The notes: generated by a model not told the origin, from the letters alone. A stretch of 64,000 nucleotides of DNA from a bacterium (GCA_030649305.1 JAUSFV010000006.1:32-64031); one strand, 5' to 3'. Numbered from the stretch's first letter, positions 9,343 to 18,990 are shown. Translations and numbers: made by a program.

Positions 9343-10296
9343 ATGGAAGACATAATTTTTCAAATATACGGAACTTTTGTTCTGACTCTAGCAAGTTTTG
9401 TTTTACCAATTATTGCTATCGCTTTATCGGCCTTCCCCGATGGAGTTAAAACGTTAAAGCAAACCTACGCGAATGAACAAAAACAAGCAGAAAAAAATCT
9501 TAGTGATGAATTAGAAAAAAAAGAAAAATCCGAAAAAAATCTTGATTATGACCTCTTGGAAAAAAATATCCGGACTTTAAAATTAACCAAAAAGAAGACC
9601 GAGAAACGCTTATCATATTTAAATCCCAATTATATTTTATCAAAAAGCGTAATAGCGATTGGAATTTCTATTATATCTTTTTTACTTGGACTACTATTTT
9701 ATAACCTGTCTTCTTATATCATCCCGTCGTTTCTTTTTTTGCTCAGTATTGGAACTATGGTCTGGATGATTATAATTTTTTCTAACTCAATTAAAATCGT
9801 TATTGAAGCCTCGTCCGCAGTTCAAGAAATACGCAAAACCACGGAAGAAACAATAATAGAGCTCCTCGCCACCCTTGTTGATAATAGCAAAAGCAAAGAT
9901 CGGTCACTCTTTATAGAACACAAACATATTTCAACATCTTTCAACAATGAAGAGGTTAAGGAAGGAAAAGAGTATTCGTTCTCAATAAATAAAAAATATA
10001 AAATAAAAATTTCTTTGACGAATTCTAGCGAATATATGCTAAAAACGGCTGAACTCGGTTTTACTTTTCCAGCAGAATTTTTAGTTGAAGGAACAACAAT
10101 ATCTAGAACCTATACTGGCGATAAAGAAAAAATAATCAGATTTGAACACGACCACCTTCAATCTAAAGAAAGGATGCAAGAAGGTGCAATAGATATGACC
10201 TTTCTAAAAATGGGGGTATTCGATATAGAGACATTTGTTAAAGGAGAAAATCTAAAAAGAAAAACTATTAAATTTAAAATTAAAGTTATCGAATAG
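9343..10296 (+). CDS. AT-rich Lys/Glu-rich membrane protein of unknown function (probable horizontally acquired gene)
   Basis: 317-aa ORF with 3-4 TM helices and visibly lower GC than its surroundings, directly adjacent to the tRNA-Pro locus. Confidence 0.55.
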   Translation: MEDIIFQIYGTFVLTLASFVLPIIAIALSAFPDGVKTLKQTYANEQKQAEKNLSDELEKKEKSEKNLDYDLLEKNIRTLKLTKKKTEKRLSYLNPNYILSKSVIAIGISIISFLLGLLFYNLSSYIIPSFLFLLSIGTMVWMIIIFSNSIKIVIEASSAVQEIRKTTEETIIELLATLVDNSKSKDRSLFIEHKHISTSFNNEEVKEGKEYSFSINKKYKIKISLTNSSEYMLKTAELGFTFPAEFLVEGTTISRTYTGDKEKIIRFEHDHLQSKERMQEGAIDMTFLKMGVFDIETFVKGENLKRKTIKFKIKVIE

Positions 10297-10339
10297 ATTT
10301 GCATTCAAAGAACGCCAAAGCGCTAAGATTGCAAAAACC

Positions 10340-10537
10340 ATGACAATAAAACGGCTCCATCGGAGCAAAGACAATAAAATATTTGCCGGAATCATCGGGG
10401 GCCTGGGTGAATATTTTGACGTTGACCCCGTGCTATTACGCCTCATCTGGATTTTGATTGTCCTCTCCACCGCAATCGCACCGGGGGTTTTTACCTATAT
10501 TATCGCCTATTTCATCGTCCCCGAATCAAGGGGTTAA
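10340..10537 (+). CDS. PspC-domain protein
   Basis: …RSKDNKIFAGIIGGLGEYFDVDPVLLRLIWIL… matches the PspC domain consensus. Confidence 0.6.
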   Translation: MTIKRLHRSKDNKIFAGIIGGLGEYFDVDPVLLRLIWILIVLSTAIAPGVFTYIIAYFIVPESRG

Positions 10538-10544
10538 ACCGAAA

Positions 10545-10576
10545 AACAAATACCCCGAAACATCGGGGTAATATTT
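10545..10576. terminator. Bidirectional intrinsic terminator between the PspC gene (+) and the phosphatase gene (-)
   Basis: ACCCCGA-AACA-UCGGGGU hairpin flanked by an A-run and a U-run. Confidence 0.5.
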
Positions 10577-10584
10577 TAAACTTC

Positions 10585-11394
10585 TTACTCAATCATATTC
10601 GGTATCCGCGAAACAACGTTAAGCAAATCCTGATTTGAATAGCGCGGCCGCTTGATAGCGCGCCACTCGGTAATCCATACCGGATTTTCCGTCGGGCGAA
10701 TCATCCGAACCCATCCGGCATACGGGGCGAGCTTCCCGTTTTCAGGATTTCTTCGCGTATAATGCACAATCTGGCAATTCCAGATGCGGTCCTCGGGCTG
10801 TTGAGAAAAAATCAATTCTTTGAATCGCACCTGCGACATGTGCTCAATTTTGACCTGAAACGCCCGGATAACTTCTCCATGGCAAACAATAATCATCCGT
10901 TTATCACTGCATTCGCGATGCAACGTATCCAAAACCCGGTCAGCAAAAAGACAGGACTGCTTAAACGACTCGCCGTTTGAGGGCCGCCAGAAAAACGGTT
11001 CAATCTTTCGCCGGCGTATCGCATCGCCAAATTTTTCCTCACGTTCTTTCTCGGAACAAATATCCATCTCACCCCAATCGCGCTCCGTCAGATAAAAATC
11101 GCAAAGCCATTCGGCGTTCGGCAAATTAAGAAGAGCTGCCGTTTCCATGGCTCGTGTATATTCGGAAGTAACGTAGCGGTCAAACCCGGGGCCCGGCCAA
11201 AATTCTTTCCGGAGCCACGCCCCAGCTTGCTCCGCCTGCATGCGGCCAAGCTCTGTTAGGCGAAAACTAGCACTATGCCGGTCGCGAAACGCATCCGTAA
11301 AAGCGCTGTGGTCCCCCGCTTCCGAACGGCGCCGCGCAACATTTCCCTCGGATTGTCCGTGGCGGACAAGCAATAAATCTATGGGTAACGCCAT
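10585..11394 (-). CDS. Histidine phosphatase superfamily protein (phosphoglycerate-mutase-like)
   Basis: LLLVRHGQSEGN = the RHG catalytic motif. Confidence 0.65.
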   Translation of the reverse strand: MALPIDLLLVRHGQSEGNVARRRSEAGDHSAFTDAFRDRHSASFRLTELGRMQAEQAGAWLRKEFWPGPGFDRYVTSEYTRAMETAALLNLPNAEWLCDFYLTERDWGEMDICSEKEREEKFGDAIRRRKIEPFFWRPSNGESFKQSCLFADRVLDTLHRECSDKRMIIVCHGEVIRAFQVKIEHMSQVRFKELIFSQQPEDRIWNCQIVHYTRRNPENGKLAPYAGWVRMIRPTENPVWITEWRAIKRPRYSNQDLLNVVSRIPNMIE

Positions 11395-11541
11395 GATTCA
11401 AAACTCCTTTTTTGTTTATGTGCTACTTCCGCTATATCAAAAAAATAACCGCGGGTCAAATCGCGTCATATCCCACAACTTCATTCTAAAAAACTACACG
11501 CCCGTCACTGCTGACGGGCGTTTAAAACGAATGCGAGGCCT

Positions 11542-12087
11542 TCACCGCAAAACGATGAGGGCCATGGCGCCATTATAGACAAGCCCGCCCCACGCGAGAA
11601 ACGAATTACCGATTGTCCACGGCCGCGTACCCAGAAGGGTAAGACCGCAAGCAATGGCGGTATTCGCAAAAAGCCAGAAGGTCTGCGGCGCGGGGGACGC
11701 CCACATCATAACCGTCAACGGAATACCCGCGATGGTCATGGCACTGACACAGGCAATGATACCCCAATCACCCGAAAGCTTTTGCCACAAGGCGACGGAG
11801 ACCACGACACCGATGGCCGAAAATATTTCGACAGACGTCCATGCCCACGTCCCCAGAAAAAGATGCACAAGGAGAATGGACAGAGCGCCGATGGCGTACG
11901 ACAGGGCAAGCGCATAGGGCTTCCTCTCGGCAATCGCTATTGCCAGGGCGGTGATATCCAAGAGAAACCACATGAGCCAGCTTGCCGTATTCGTAGGAGC
12001 AACCGCTCCGCTCCCAACCCTCCACGCGAAATATAGCATGTTCAGGAGGGAGACAATGCCGCCGCTGTAAATCAGGAATCCATTCAT
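11542..12087 (-). CDS. Hypothetical polytopic membrane protein
   Basis: 181 aa with 5-6 hydrophobic helices. Confidence 0.45.
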   Translation of the reverse strand: MNGFLIYSGGIVSLLNMLYFAWRVGSGAVAPTNTASWLMWFLLDITALAIAIAERKPYALALSYAIGALSILLVHLFLGTWAWTSVEIFSAIGVVVSVALWQKLSGDWGIIACVSAMTIAGIPLTVMMWASPAPQTFWLFANTAIACGLTLLGTRPWTIGNSFLAWGGLVYNGAMALIVLR

Positions 12088-12319
12088 GGACCCCCTCCTT
12101 TTTTAGCCCTTTTTGGGGGCACAAAATTGTTTGGGTGCTAACTATGTATCAGCAAATATTGCTTATTATAATTATATCACAAATATTTTAAAAAGTCAAA
12201 TTTAAAAATGCCAACGGCAAAATTAAAGATGCCACAGGCAAACTCCGACCCAAAAGAAACAAACCCACCACCACGAGGGTCTTTTGTTACGTGATGACAC
12301 CAAAAAAGGAGGTGAACAT

Positions 12320-13492
12320 ATGAACGCACTCGTGTTCGGCGCAGGCAATATCGGTCGCGGATTTCTTGGTTCGCTTTTAGCGAAAGCGGGGTTTTCCGTG
12401 ACGTTCGTTGACATTGATGAAGCAAAGGTTTCCCACATCAATCATATTCAAGAATACCCGGTTTACATTGTCTCTGACACTGGCATACAGGAAGAAATCG
12501 TACGAGGAATTCGCGCAATTTCCTACTCCGATACGAGCACACTCACAAACGCGGTGGTGGAAGCCGACATCATCATGACGGCAGTCGGCAAAGAGCCTCT
12601 GGCCCGCGTTGCCGCAGGCCTTATGCACGGGCTTGTGCAAAGAATTGAGCAACGCCCCCACGCAGAAATACATATCGTAGTTATCGCCTGCGAAAATATC
12701 CAAGACAACACTGCGTATCTCCAAGCGCTTCTCTCTGCGCAAACCCCGAAACGATACCGCGAACGCATCAAAGATCTCATCAGTTTCCCGAACTGTGTGG
12801 TGGACAGAATCGTCCCGAATACGCTTCCGAAACACGCGCGAGCGCATCCGCTTGCGGTTTCGGTTGAAGAATATTTCCAGCTGGCGATTGACGGGACCGC
12901 GCTGAAAGCCCCTATTCCGAAAATACCGGGGATGGAAATTTCGTCTAACCTGAACGCAACGCTTGAACAAAAACTTTTTACTCTCAACATGGCGCACGCC
13001 ATCGTCGGCTACTACGGATACTTCAAGGGCTATCACTATATCCACGAAGCGATACATGATAAAGAAATCCACGAACTTCTCTGCGGCGCCCTTCAAGAAG
13101 TTGCCGCAATCATCACCGCACGACACCGCCATATTTCTTCCGCTGCCCAACAGCAATACGAAGAAAAGATCATGCAACGCTTCAAAAATCCCCACCTACA
13201 AGACGAAATTATTCGCGTGGCACGACAGCCAAAACGAAAACTCGGTCCGCATGACCGCTTGATACGCCCGGCGCTCCTCACCTGGGAACAAGGACGAATA
13301 CCTGCGTTTCTCGCAAGCGGCATTACCGCAGCATTGCGCTACGACTACGCGAACGATCATCAAGCGCAAGAGCTCGTATCAGAAATCAGAGAACAGGGCA
13401 TTGAACGGGTTCTCGAAACAGTTTCCGGCTTAGCACCGGACAATGAACTTGCGCGGCTCATCAAGGCAGACTTTCTCTTCCAATCTCTTTAA
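12320..13492 (+). CDS. mtlD: Mannitol-1-phosphate 5-dehydrogenase
   Basis: MNALVFGAGNIGRGF N-terminus of the MtlD family; AGGAGG RBS 9 nt upstream of ATG 12320. Confidence 0.8.
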   Translation: MNALVFGAGNIGRGFLGSLLAKAGFSVTFVDIDEAKVSHINHIQEYPVYIVSDTGIQEEIVRGIRAISYSDTSTLTNAVVEADIIMTAVGKEPLARVAAGLMHGLVQRIEQRPHAEIHIVVIACENIQDNTAYLQALLSAQTPKRYRERIKDLISFPNCVVDRIVPNTLPKHARAHPLAVSVEEYFQLAIDGTALKAPIPKIPGMEISSNLNATLEQKLFTLNMAHAIVGYYGYFKGYHYIHEAIHDKEIHELLCGALQEVAAIITARHRHISSAAQQQYEEKIMQRFKNPHLQDEIIRVARQPKRKLGPHDRLIRPALLTWEQGRIPAFLASGITAALRYDYANDHQAQELVSEIREQGIERVLETVSGLAPDNELARLIKADFLFQSL

Positions 13493-13498
13493 AAAATA

Positions 13499-13527
13499 CG
13501 GCACTCGTAACGAGTGCTGTTTTTTTA
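13499..13527 (+). terminator. Rho-independent terminator of mtlD
   Basis: GCACTCG-TAA-CGAGTGC followed by T7. Confidence 0.7.
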
Positions 13528-13563
13528 TGACCCGCCGCGTTGCTATTCTGTATCGCCGCGCTT

Positions 13564-13597
13564 CTTATCGGCTAATTCGTGCGAATTAGCCGATAAG
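13564..13597. repeat. 34-bp perfect palindrome CTTATCGGCTAATTCGTGCGAATTAGCCGATAAG (copy 2)
   Basis: Identical to the copy at 5768; located just after the mtlD terminator. Confidence 0.8.
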
Positions 13598-13651
13598 GAA
13601 AAAATAAAAATGGAACTGGTTTAAAAAAATTTTCTATGGTATCCCCAAACC

Positions 13652-13954
13652 ATGGCATGGGAAATACGTGATAAAAAACTGGGCATCTGGTTAAAACCGG
13701 AAGAAGCAATTGAGGCCCTCGAGAAACGACGAGCCGAAGGCGGTCTTACCTTTGACGAAGAAGGCCAGCTCAAAAGCCTTAAAAAGACGCTGGAAGAACG
13801 GGCAAAACAAGATATAAAAATCGCGGAACAACGAAAACGAAATGAACAAAGAATACGAATAGCCGAATCCCCCGAAGCAGTGGCCTGGAAGAAAAAGGCT
13901 GATGCGCTTCGGGAAGACGAAAAAAGAAAACACCCAGGAGGACACTATCTTTAG
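13652..13954 (+). CDS. Hypothetical charged or coiled-coil protein, 100 aa
   Basis: Track ORF followed by a hairpin and T-run terminator (13955-13995). Confidence 0.4.
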   Translation: MAWEIRDKKLGIWLKPEEAIEALEKRRAEGGLTFDEEGQLKSLKKTLEERAKQDIKIAEQRKRNEQRIRIAESPEAVAWKKKADALREDEKRKHPGGHYL

Positions 13955-14042
13955 AAAACTTCGATCTCAATCGGAGTTTTCTTTTTTTCTTATGTGTGCT
14001 ACGAATACAGCACGAACCTTAAAAAAATAAGGAGGGAAAACA

Positions 14043-14807
14043 ATGCATCCCTACATCGGTGTTACTGGATTCACCAAACTGGAAGAAGTTGCAGCGGCAC
14101 TTGAAGTATTCCCCCACAATCATTCCCGAAAACTTATGATCGGCGGGCTTGCGTCATGGAAGTCGCTCCGCGGCATTCCCCTGAAGCCAATCCGGCAAAA
14201 ACGATTCCCCGCTCCGGAACTTTTTAACAGCATATTCCCCAACGATACGCGGGCGGTCAATCTTATTCATTACAGCATGGGAGAGCGAAAAAACGACGAC
14301 GGAGCTCTTCTCGCTGATATGCTAAAAATTCACGAACTTGCCGGACCGAATTTTCAAGGATTCCAACTTAACATCGCATGGCCGGAAATTGATCAGATAG
14401 CCGAATATCGAATGGTAATGGGCTTTGACTACCGCATCGTCCTCCAAATTTCGCACGAGGCGATTGAAGCGGCGGGTGGAACGCCAAAAGGTGTCACCGA
14501 TATGCTCTCTTACTACCCGGGGTTCATTGATGACATCCTCATTGACGCAAGCGGGGGTCTTGGCAAGGAGCTGGATACGGAACGCGCACGAGAATTTCTT
14601 TCCAAAATAAACATGCGACTTGATATCGGCCTAGGTACAGCGGGCGGACTTGGCCCCGACTCATTACATCTCATAGAACCGCTTCTGGAAGAATTTCCCG
14701 ATTTGAACATTGATGCGGAGGGAAAACTTCGCACCGCCGAAAACGAACTTGCTATCGGCGCGATGAAAACATATCTTTCCAAATCCACTCAATTATTTTC
14801 CTCCTAA
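14043..14807 (+). CDS. TIM-barrel protein, possibly of the phosphoribosylanthranilate-isomerase (TrpF) family
   Basis: …ILIDASGGLG…D… and …IGLGTAGGLGPDS… resemble PRAI C-terminal motifs; AAGGAGG RBS. No other trp genes are nearby. Confidence 0.35.
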   Translation: MHPYIGVTGFTKLEEVAAALEVFPHNHSRKLMIGGLASWKSLRGIPLKPIRQKRFPAPELFNSIFPNDTRAVNLIHYSMGERKNDDGALLADMLKIHELAGPNFQGFQLNIAWPEIDQIAEYRMVMGFDYRIVLQISHEAIEAAGGTPKGVTDMLSYYPGFIDDILIDASGGLGKELDTERAREFLSKINMRLDIGLGTAGGLGPDSLHLIEPLLEEFPDLNIDAEGKLRTAENELAIGAMKTYLSKSTQLFSS

Positions 14808-14835
14808 ACGCTTCGTAAGCGAAGTGAAATCAACG

Positions 14836-14862
14836 AACTCCCGCGCATCGGGAGTTTTTTAT
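14836..14862 (+). terminator. Intrinsic terminator after ORF 14043..14807
   Basis: AACUCCCG-CGCAU-CGGGAGUU followed by U6. Confidence 0.6.
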
Positions 14863-15028
14863 ATTTTCAGCTTATATTACGACCCACACATGTGCTCATT
14901 TCCGCCAAAGGCGGACAGGCGCGCACAAATGAGCACATGTGGAAATTGCGGACAAAACCAGTTTTCTTTTTTTCTCCGATGTGCTACGAATATGGAGGAT
15001 GCTTTGAAAAAATAATAAGGAGAAAACC

Positions 15029-16021
15029 ATGCGGGAACTGCGCGTTTTTTCCGGACGAAGCAACGAACCGTTAGCACACGCAATCGCGCGCTACATTGAT
15101 TCTAAAATGAATGAGAAGCGATCAGTTTTGGGAGCCCTTGACCCGAACAGGGATTTCGCGGACGGCGAAATTTATACCCGGTACGGCGAAAATATCCGAG
15201 AAGCGGATGTCTTTATTATCCAATCCACAAACCAGCCGAATACCCACGAAGTTGAATTGAACCTCATGATCAATACCGCCGTTCTTGCATCCGCGCAACG
15301 AGTAACCGCAGTCATTCCCTACTTCGGCTACGCGCGGCAAGACCGCAAAGATAAATCCCGCGCTCCCGTTACGATCGCAAATATGGCCAGGAAAATTTGG
15401 ATAAGCGGAGCCCATCGCGTCGTATTGTTGGACGTCCACAGCAACAGTACGCCGGTCGCTTTCGCAGCGCTCAATGTCCCCGCAGACCACTTGTGGGTAC
15501 GCCCGATTTTTCTGCACCACCTCACCAAACAAGAACATATATGGAATGACATACATGATTTCGTTGTGGTAGCGCCGGATGTCGGAGCAAGCGAGCGAGC
15601 GCGCGCGTACGGAGATGCCCTTGGCGGCATCCCGCTGGTGGTCATTGAGAAGCGGCGCGTACCCGGCCATTCAAAAGTTCTGAATGTCGTAGGAGAAGTT
15701 GCGGGCAAAGATGTTTTCATGATTGACGACATGATTGATACCGGTGAGACGCTCTGCAATGCCGCGGCAAAGCTTCGCGAGCGGGGTGCGAAACGGATAT
15801 TTGTCCTCGCGACCCACGGCGTATTCTCAAAAGATGCCCTGAAGTGGTTAGAAGAATCAGAAATAGAGCGGATATTCATCACCGATTCAATTCTGCAAAC
15901 ACGTCCCCTTCCCAAAAAAATCACGGTAGTAAGCGTGGCAGAACTTTTAGGGGAGGCAATCATGCGGATTCATAGCGGTGAATCCGTAAGCTCGCTTTTT
16001 GAACACGAGTGGCTTAAATAA
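15029..16021 (+). CDS. prs: Ribose-phosphate pyrophosphokinase (PRPP synthetase)
   Basis: …VFMIDDMIDTGETLCNAA… PRPP-binding motif with Prs N-terminal architecture. Confidence 0.9.
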   Translation: MRELRVFSGRSNEPLAHAIARYIDSKMNEKRSVLGALDPNRDFADGEIYTRYGENIREADVFIIQSTNQPNTHEVELNLMINTAVLASAQRVTAVIPYFGYARQDRKDKSRAPVTIANMARKIWISGAHRVVLLDVHSNSTPVAFAALNVPADHLWVRPIFLHHLTKQEHIWNDIHDFVVVAPDVGASERARAYGDALGGIPLVVIEKRRVPGHSKVLNVVGEVAGKDVFMIDDMIDTGETLCNAAAKLRERGAKRIFVLATHGVFSKDALKWLEESEIERIFITDSILQTRPLPKKITVVSVAELLGEAIMRIHSGESVSSLFEHEWLK

Positions 16022-16029
16022 TAGTAACA

Positions 16030-16065
16030 ACGCTCCGGCTTTAGTCGGAGCGATTTTTATTTTTA
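16030..16065 (+). terminator. Intrinsic terminator of prs
   Basis: CGCUCCG…CGGAGCG hairpin followed by AUUUUUAUUUUU. Confidence 0.6.
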
Positions 16066-16080
16066 TATACCCTACATACA

Positions 16081-16122
16081 AAAATCTATTCCTAAATTCT
16101 TAAGAATTTAGGAATAGATTTT
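16081..16122. promoter_or_regulatory. 42-bp perfect palindrome AAAATCTATTCCTAAATTC-TTAAG-AATTTAGGAATAGATTTT upstream of the pilin-like gene
   Basis: Exact inverted repeat centred on CTTAAG, ~115 nt upstream of ATG 16239. Confidence 0.6.
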
Positions 16123-16238
16123 AAATAATTGCCGTCTATAAAAAATAAGTAGCTATCCACACCCGTGCATATAACCCGTACATATACGCCTCCCCCGCGT
16201 GCTATACTGAAAAAGTATTAATAATCCATCAAAATACT

Positions 16239-18974
16239 ATGAAATACATACAGAGGGGCTTTACCCTCATTGAACTCTTGGTCGTTGTCGGAATCATTTC
16301 ACTCATCGCATCCGTCGGCCTTATCTCCATGAACGAAGCGCGCGAGAAAGCGCGCGATGCCAAGCGTCTTGCCGACCTCAACGAAATTCAAAAGCTCGTT
16401 GAGTTGTATAAATCCGATAACAATGGCAACCCGCCCGGCCAGGAAGGAACCGAATACATCAATGGCGTACCGAACTGGATTCCGGGACTCTCCCCCCGCT
16501 ATATTAAAGAACTCCCATCCGACCCGCTTGATGCAGACCCCTATCAATACCACTACCAACGGGAAGGGAATGATTATGAAACCGCGGGCATTCTTGAAAA
16601 ATCGTCAAACGAAGCCTCATGTAACGATGGCGGATCGGGCGGATGCCGCTTCTTTGAAGTCGGTACAAAATTGACAATCTTTAACCCCAGTGAAGGCGCG
16701 TGGCACGCCGCGTCATCTTCGGTGCTGACCCCGGGAGACGGAGAAACCGGAACAACCACACCGCCCGACAATGGAGGCGGCGGAACCGGAACCACCACCA
16801 CAGCAACACCCGTGAGTGCCCCGACCGAAACCATTCTCGGATGGTTCAAGGGTATTACGGGTTCGGGCCCGAGTTTGAGCGGCACGTACACCCACGCATT
16901 TTATTTCAAATACAGCACCACCGTGAATCCGAATCAATCGTTCCGGGTGTATCTGAAGCGCCCGGGAGAGAGCGCCTATACCGCAGTCGCTACCTTCACG
17001 ATTCCTGTTTCCATTCCCACGGGCGGCTGCAACCCCGCGAAAGAATTCTCTGCGAACGGTTGGAAGATTGAATGCTCTACGTATCCGTATTGGCGCGTGT
17101 TCGGCCCCGCAGGAACAGCCGCAAATTACTCCACGGGAGTGTATTATGCGTATGTCGCTGCGGTGGATGAAGCCGGCACCGAAGGAACTCTGTCCCCGGT
17201 CACCCAAAATCATCTCCTAAATCAATCACTCATCACAAGCCCCGTCGGAGCCCAATCAACCACAACCCCGACCATCACATGGACGATTCCTACATGGAGC
17301 GGCATCAATATGGTCTATTGGATATCGGTCTACACGGCAGATGAAACTTCCATCTGGACGGAATCAAAAAGCGTTCTTTCGGGGACGACCACGGCGAACG
17401 CATCACTTCAATATGCCGGACCCGCCTTGAGCCCTGGCGTTACCTATTACACGAACCTCTGGGGCGAGACGCGCGAAAACCCCAACAGCACCTATGCCTT
17501 CACTATGACAAACAATATGATGCCCGCGTTTACCGTAGCAGAACCCGCGGCGCAAGGATGTCCGGTTTCCATCACATCCCTCACGCCCTCATCCGGCCCT
17601 GTCGGCACCGCAGTATATATCCGCGGAAATTGCTTCACGCCAAACGGCCAATGGACCGGCACGAACAATATCACGTTTTACACGGGCTCCGGCACCACAA
17701 GCTACGCGCATATGCAGGTATTCAATTCGCCCATTCTTGCGGACGGCAGTTTGTATTTCGGCATTCCCTATAATCTCTATAAGCCATCCGATGGCTCAAG
17801 GCCAAATGTCATTGCGGGAACCTATTACTTCATCGTCAACAACACAAATGGCACCAGCACCCCCGCGGCGTTTACGGTACCTGCCGCCCCATCTAATTGG
17901 AACAGTAGCTCATTAAATATTGACGGAGAATATCAATCTGTCGCTTGGAATGGCAATGGATATGGGGTTGTATATGGCAAAAACGGAAAAATTTACTTTG
18001 CAAAACTTGATTCAAATGGCAATAAATTAAATGAAGTAGTTCTCGCAAATGCGCCAAACTATGTTTTTTGGACCAATATCGTCTGGGATGGATCAAAATA
18101 CGGCGTTGTGTGGCCCGAAGCAAATCCGCATAATTTGCGCTTTGCTACCATGAATATTGACGGCAATGTACTTTCTAATATTCCCCTGACAGCGGGAACC
18201 GATAATGCCGACACAGAACGGCCTGCCCTCCTTTGGACCGGCAGCGAATATGTTGTTGCCTGGTCTGGCGGATGGCCGGATAATTTCAACAATCCATATC
18301 TGCCTGCACACATAATTTACTTTACAAAAATTGCTTCTAACGGACAGACAATCGTTGTAAATAAGAAAAAGTCAATAACAAGCGGAGACACACGAGCCGC
18401 AAACGGCCCCATCATTTCTTTGGCTTGGAACGGAACAAATTTCGGTGTCACATGGCAGGATATCAGAAATAGCAATGACAGCAATAACCCTGCACTGTAT
18501 TTCGCTACTTTGGACTCCGCGGGAAATAAACTAGGCAATGATATAAAAATTTCCGGAAACGGACGGGTTGGAAGCCCTAAAATTTTCGCCGACGGATCAA
18601 ATTATGCTGTTTTCTGGAGAGAAAGCAGTATTGATAATGTTAATGCAAATAGCATATACGCGACCAAGCTGGATTCGGCGGGCAATAAAATTATTCCCAA
18701 TCAAAACTTAAATACAAAAGGAGATAATGAAATGCGCCCATCAATTGCCAAAGCTGGCAGCGATTACGGTATTGTGTGGACTTCGTATCCGGAACAAAAA
18801 CTATATTTTAAATCTATAAATTCTGGTTTTGCTATGGTCCTGGATAACGAACTTGTATCGGCGACGGCTGGTGATAATGATAATGCTTATGCGGTGTGGG
18901 GTAATAACAAATATGGAATTATCTGGACGAATATCCAAAATAATCAACTGCAATTATATTTTGGAATCAAATAA
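16239..18974 (+). CDS. Large type IV pilin-like (pseudopilin) surface protein with a C-terminal 7-repeat beta-propeller-like domain
   Basis: Prepilin class III signal MKYIQRG|FTLIELLVVVGIISLIA; a Gly/Thr-rich linker; seven ~45-aa repeats of the form (N/D)G(S/T)xYG(V/I)VW…YFA(T/K)LDSxGNKL. Confidence 0.75.
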   Translation: MKYIQRGFTLIELLVVVGIISLIASVGLISMNEAREKARDAKRLADLNEIQKLVELYKSDNNGNPPGQEGTEYINGVPNWIPGLSPRYIKELPSDPLDADPYQYHYQREGNDYETAGILEKSSNEASCNDGGSGGCRFFEVGTKLTIFNPSEGAWHAASSSVLTPGDGETGTTTPPDNGGGGTGTTTTATPVSAPTETILGWFKGITGSGPSLSGTYTHAFYFKYSTTVNPNQSFRVYLKRPGESAYTAVATFTIPVSIPTGGCNPAKEFSANGWKIECSTYPYWRVFGPAGTAANYSTGVYYAYVAAVDEAGTEGTLSPVTQNHLLNQSLITSPVGAQSTTTPTITWTIPTWSGINMVYWISVYTADETSIWTESKSVLSGTTTANASLQYAGPALSPGVTYYTNLWGETRENPNSTYAFTMTNNMMPAFTVAEPAAQGCPVSITSLTPSSGPVGTAVYIRGNCFTPNGQWTGTNNITFYTGSGTTSYAHMQVFNSPILADGSLYFGIPYNLYKPSDGSRPNVIAGTYYFIVNNTNGTSTPAAFTVPAAPSNWNSSSLNIDGEYQSVAWNGNGYGVVYGKNGKIYFAKLDSNGNKLNEVVLANAPNYVFWTNIVWDGSKYGVVWPEANPHNLRFATMNIDGNVLSNIPLTAGTDNADTERPALLWTGSEYVVAWSGGWPDNFNNPYLPAHIIYFTKIASNGQTIVVNKKKSITSGDTRAANGPIISLAWNGTNFGVTWQDIRNSNDSNNPALYFATLDSAGNKLGNDIKISGNGRVGSPKIFADGSNYAVFWRESSIDNVNANSIYATKLDSAGNKIIPNQNLNTKGDNEMRPSIAKAGSDYGIVWTSYPEQKLYFKSINSGFAMVLDNELVSATAGDNDNAYAVWGNNKYGIIWTNIQNNQLQLYFGIK

Positions 18975-18990
18975 GTAAAAACGGATAATA

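Noticed and set aside
8992-9449. ORFs overlapping the tRNA-Pro locus (8992..9328 minus, 9075..9449 plus)
   Set aside because: They translate through tRNA and tRNA-fragment sequence; explained by the RNA genes.
12377-13195. 272-aa ORF antisense to mtlD (and similar long antisense ORFs at 16299..17213 inside the pilin-like gene and 7355..8209 inside pepA)
   Set aside because: Fully embedded opposite well-supported, motif-bearing genes; low-complexity Arg/Gly-rich translations typical of GC-rich antisense frames; no RBS.
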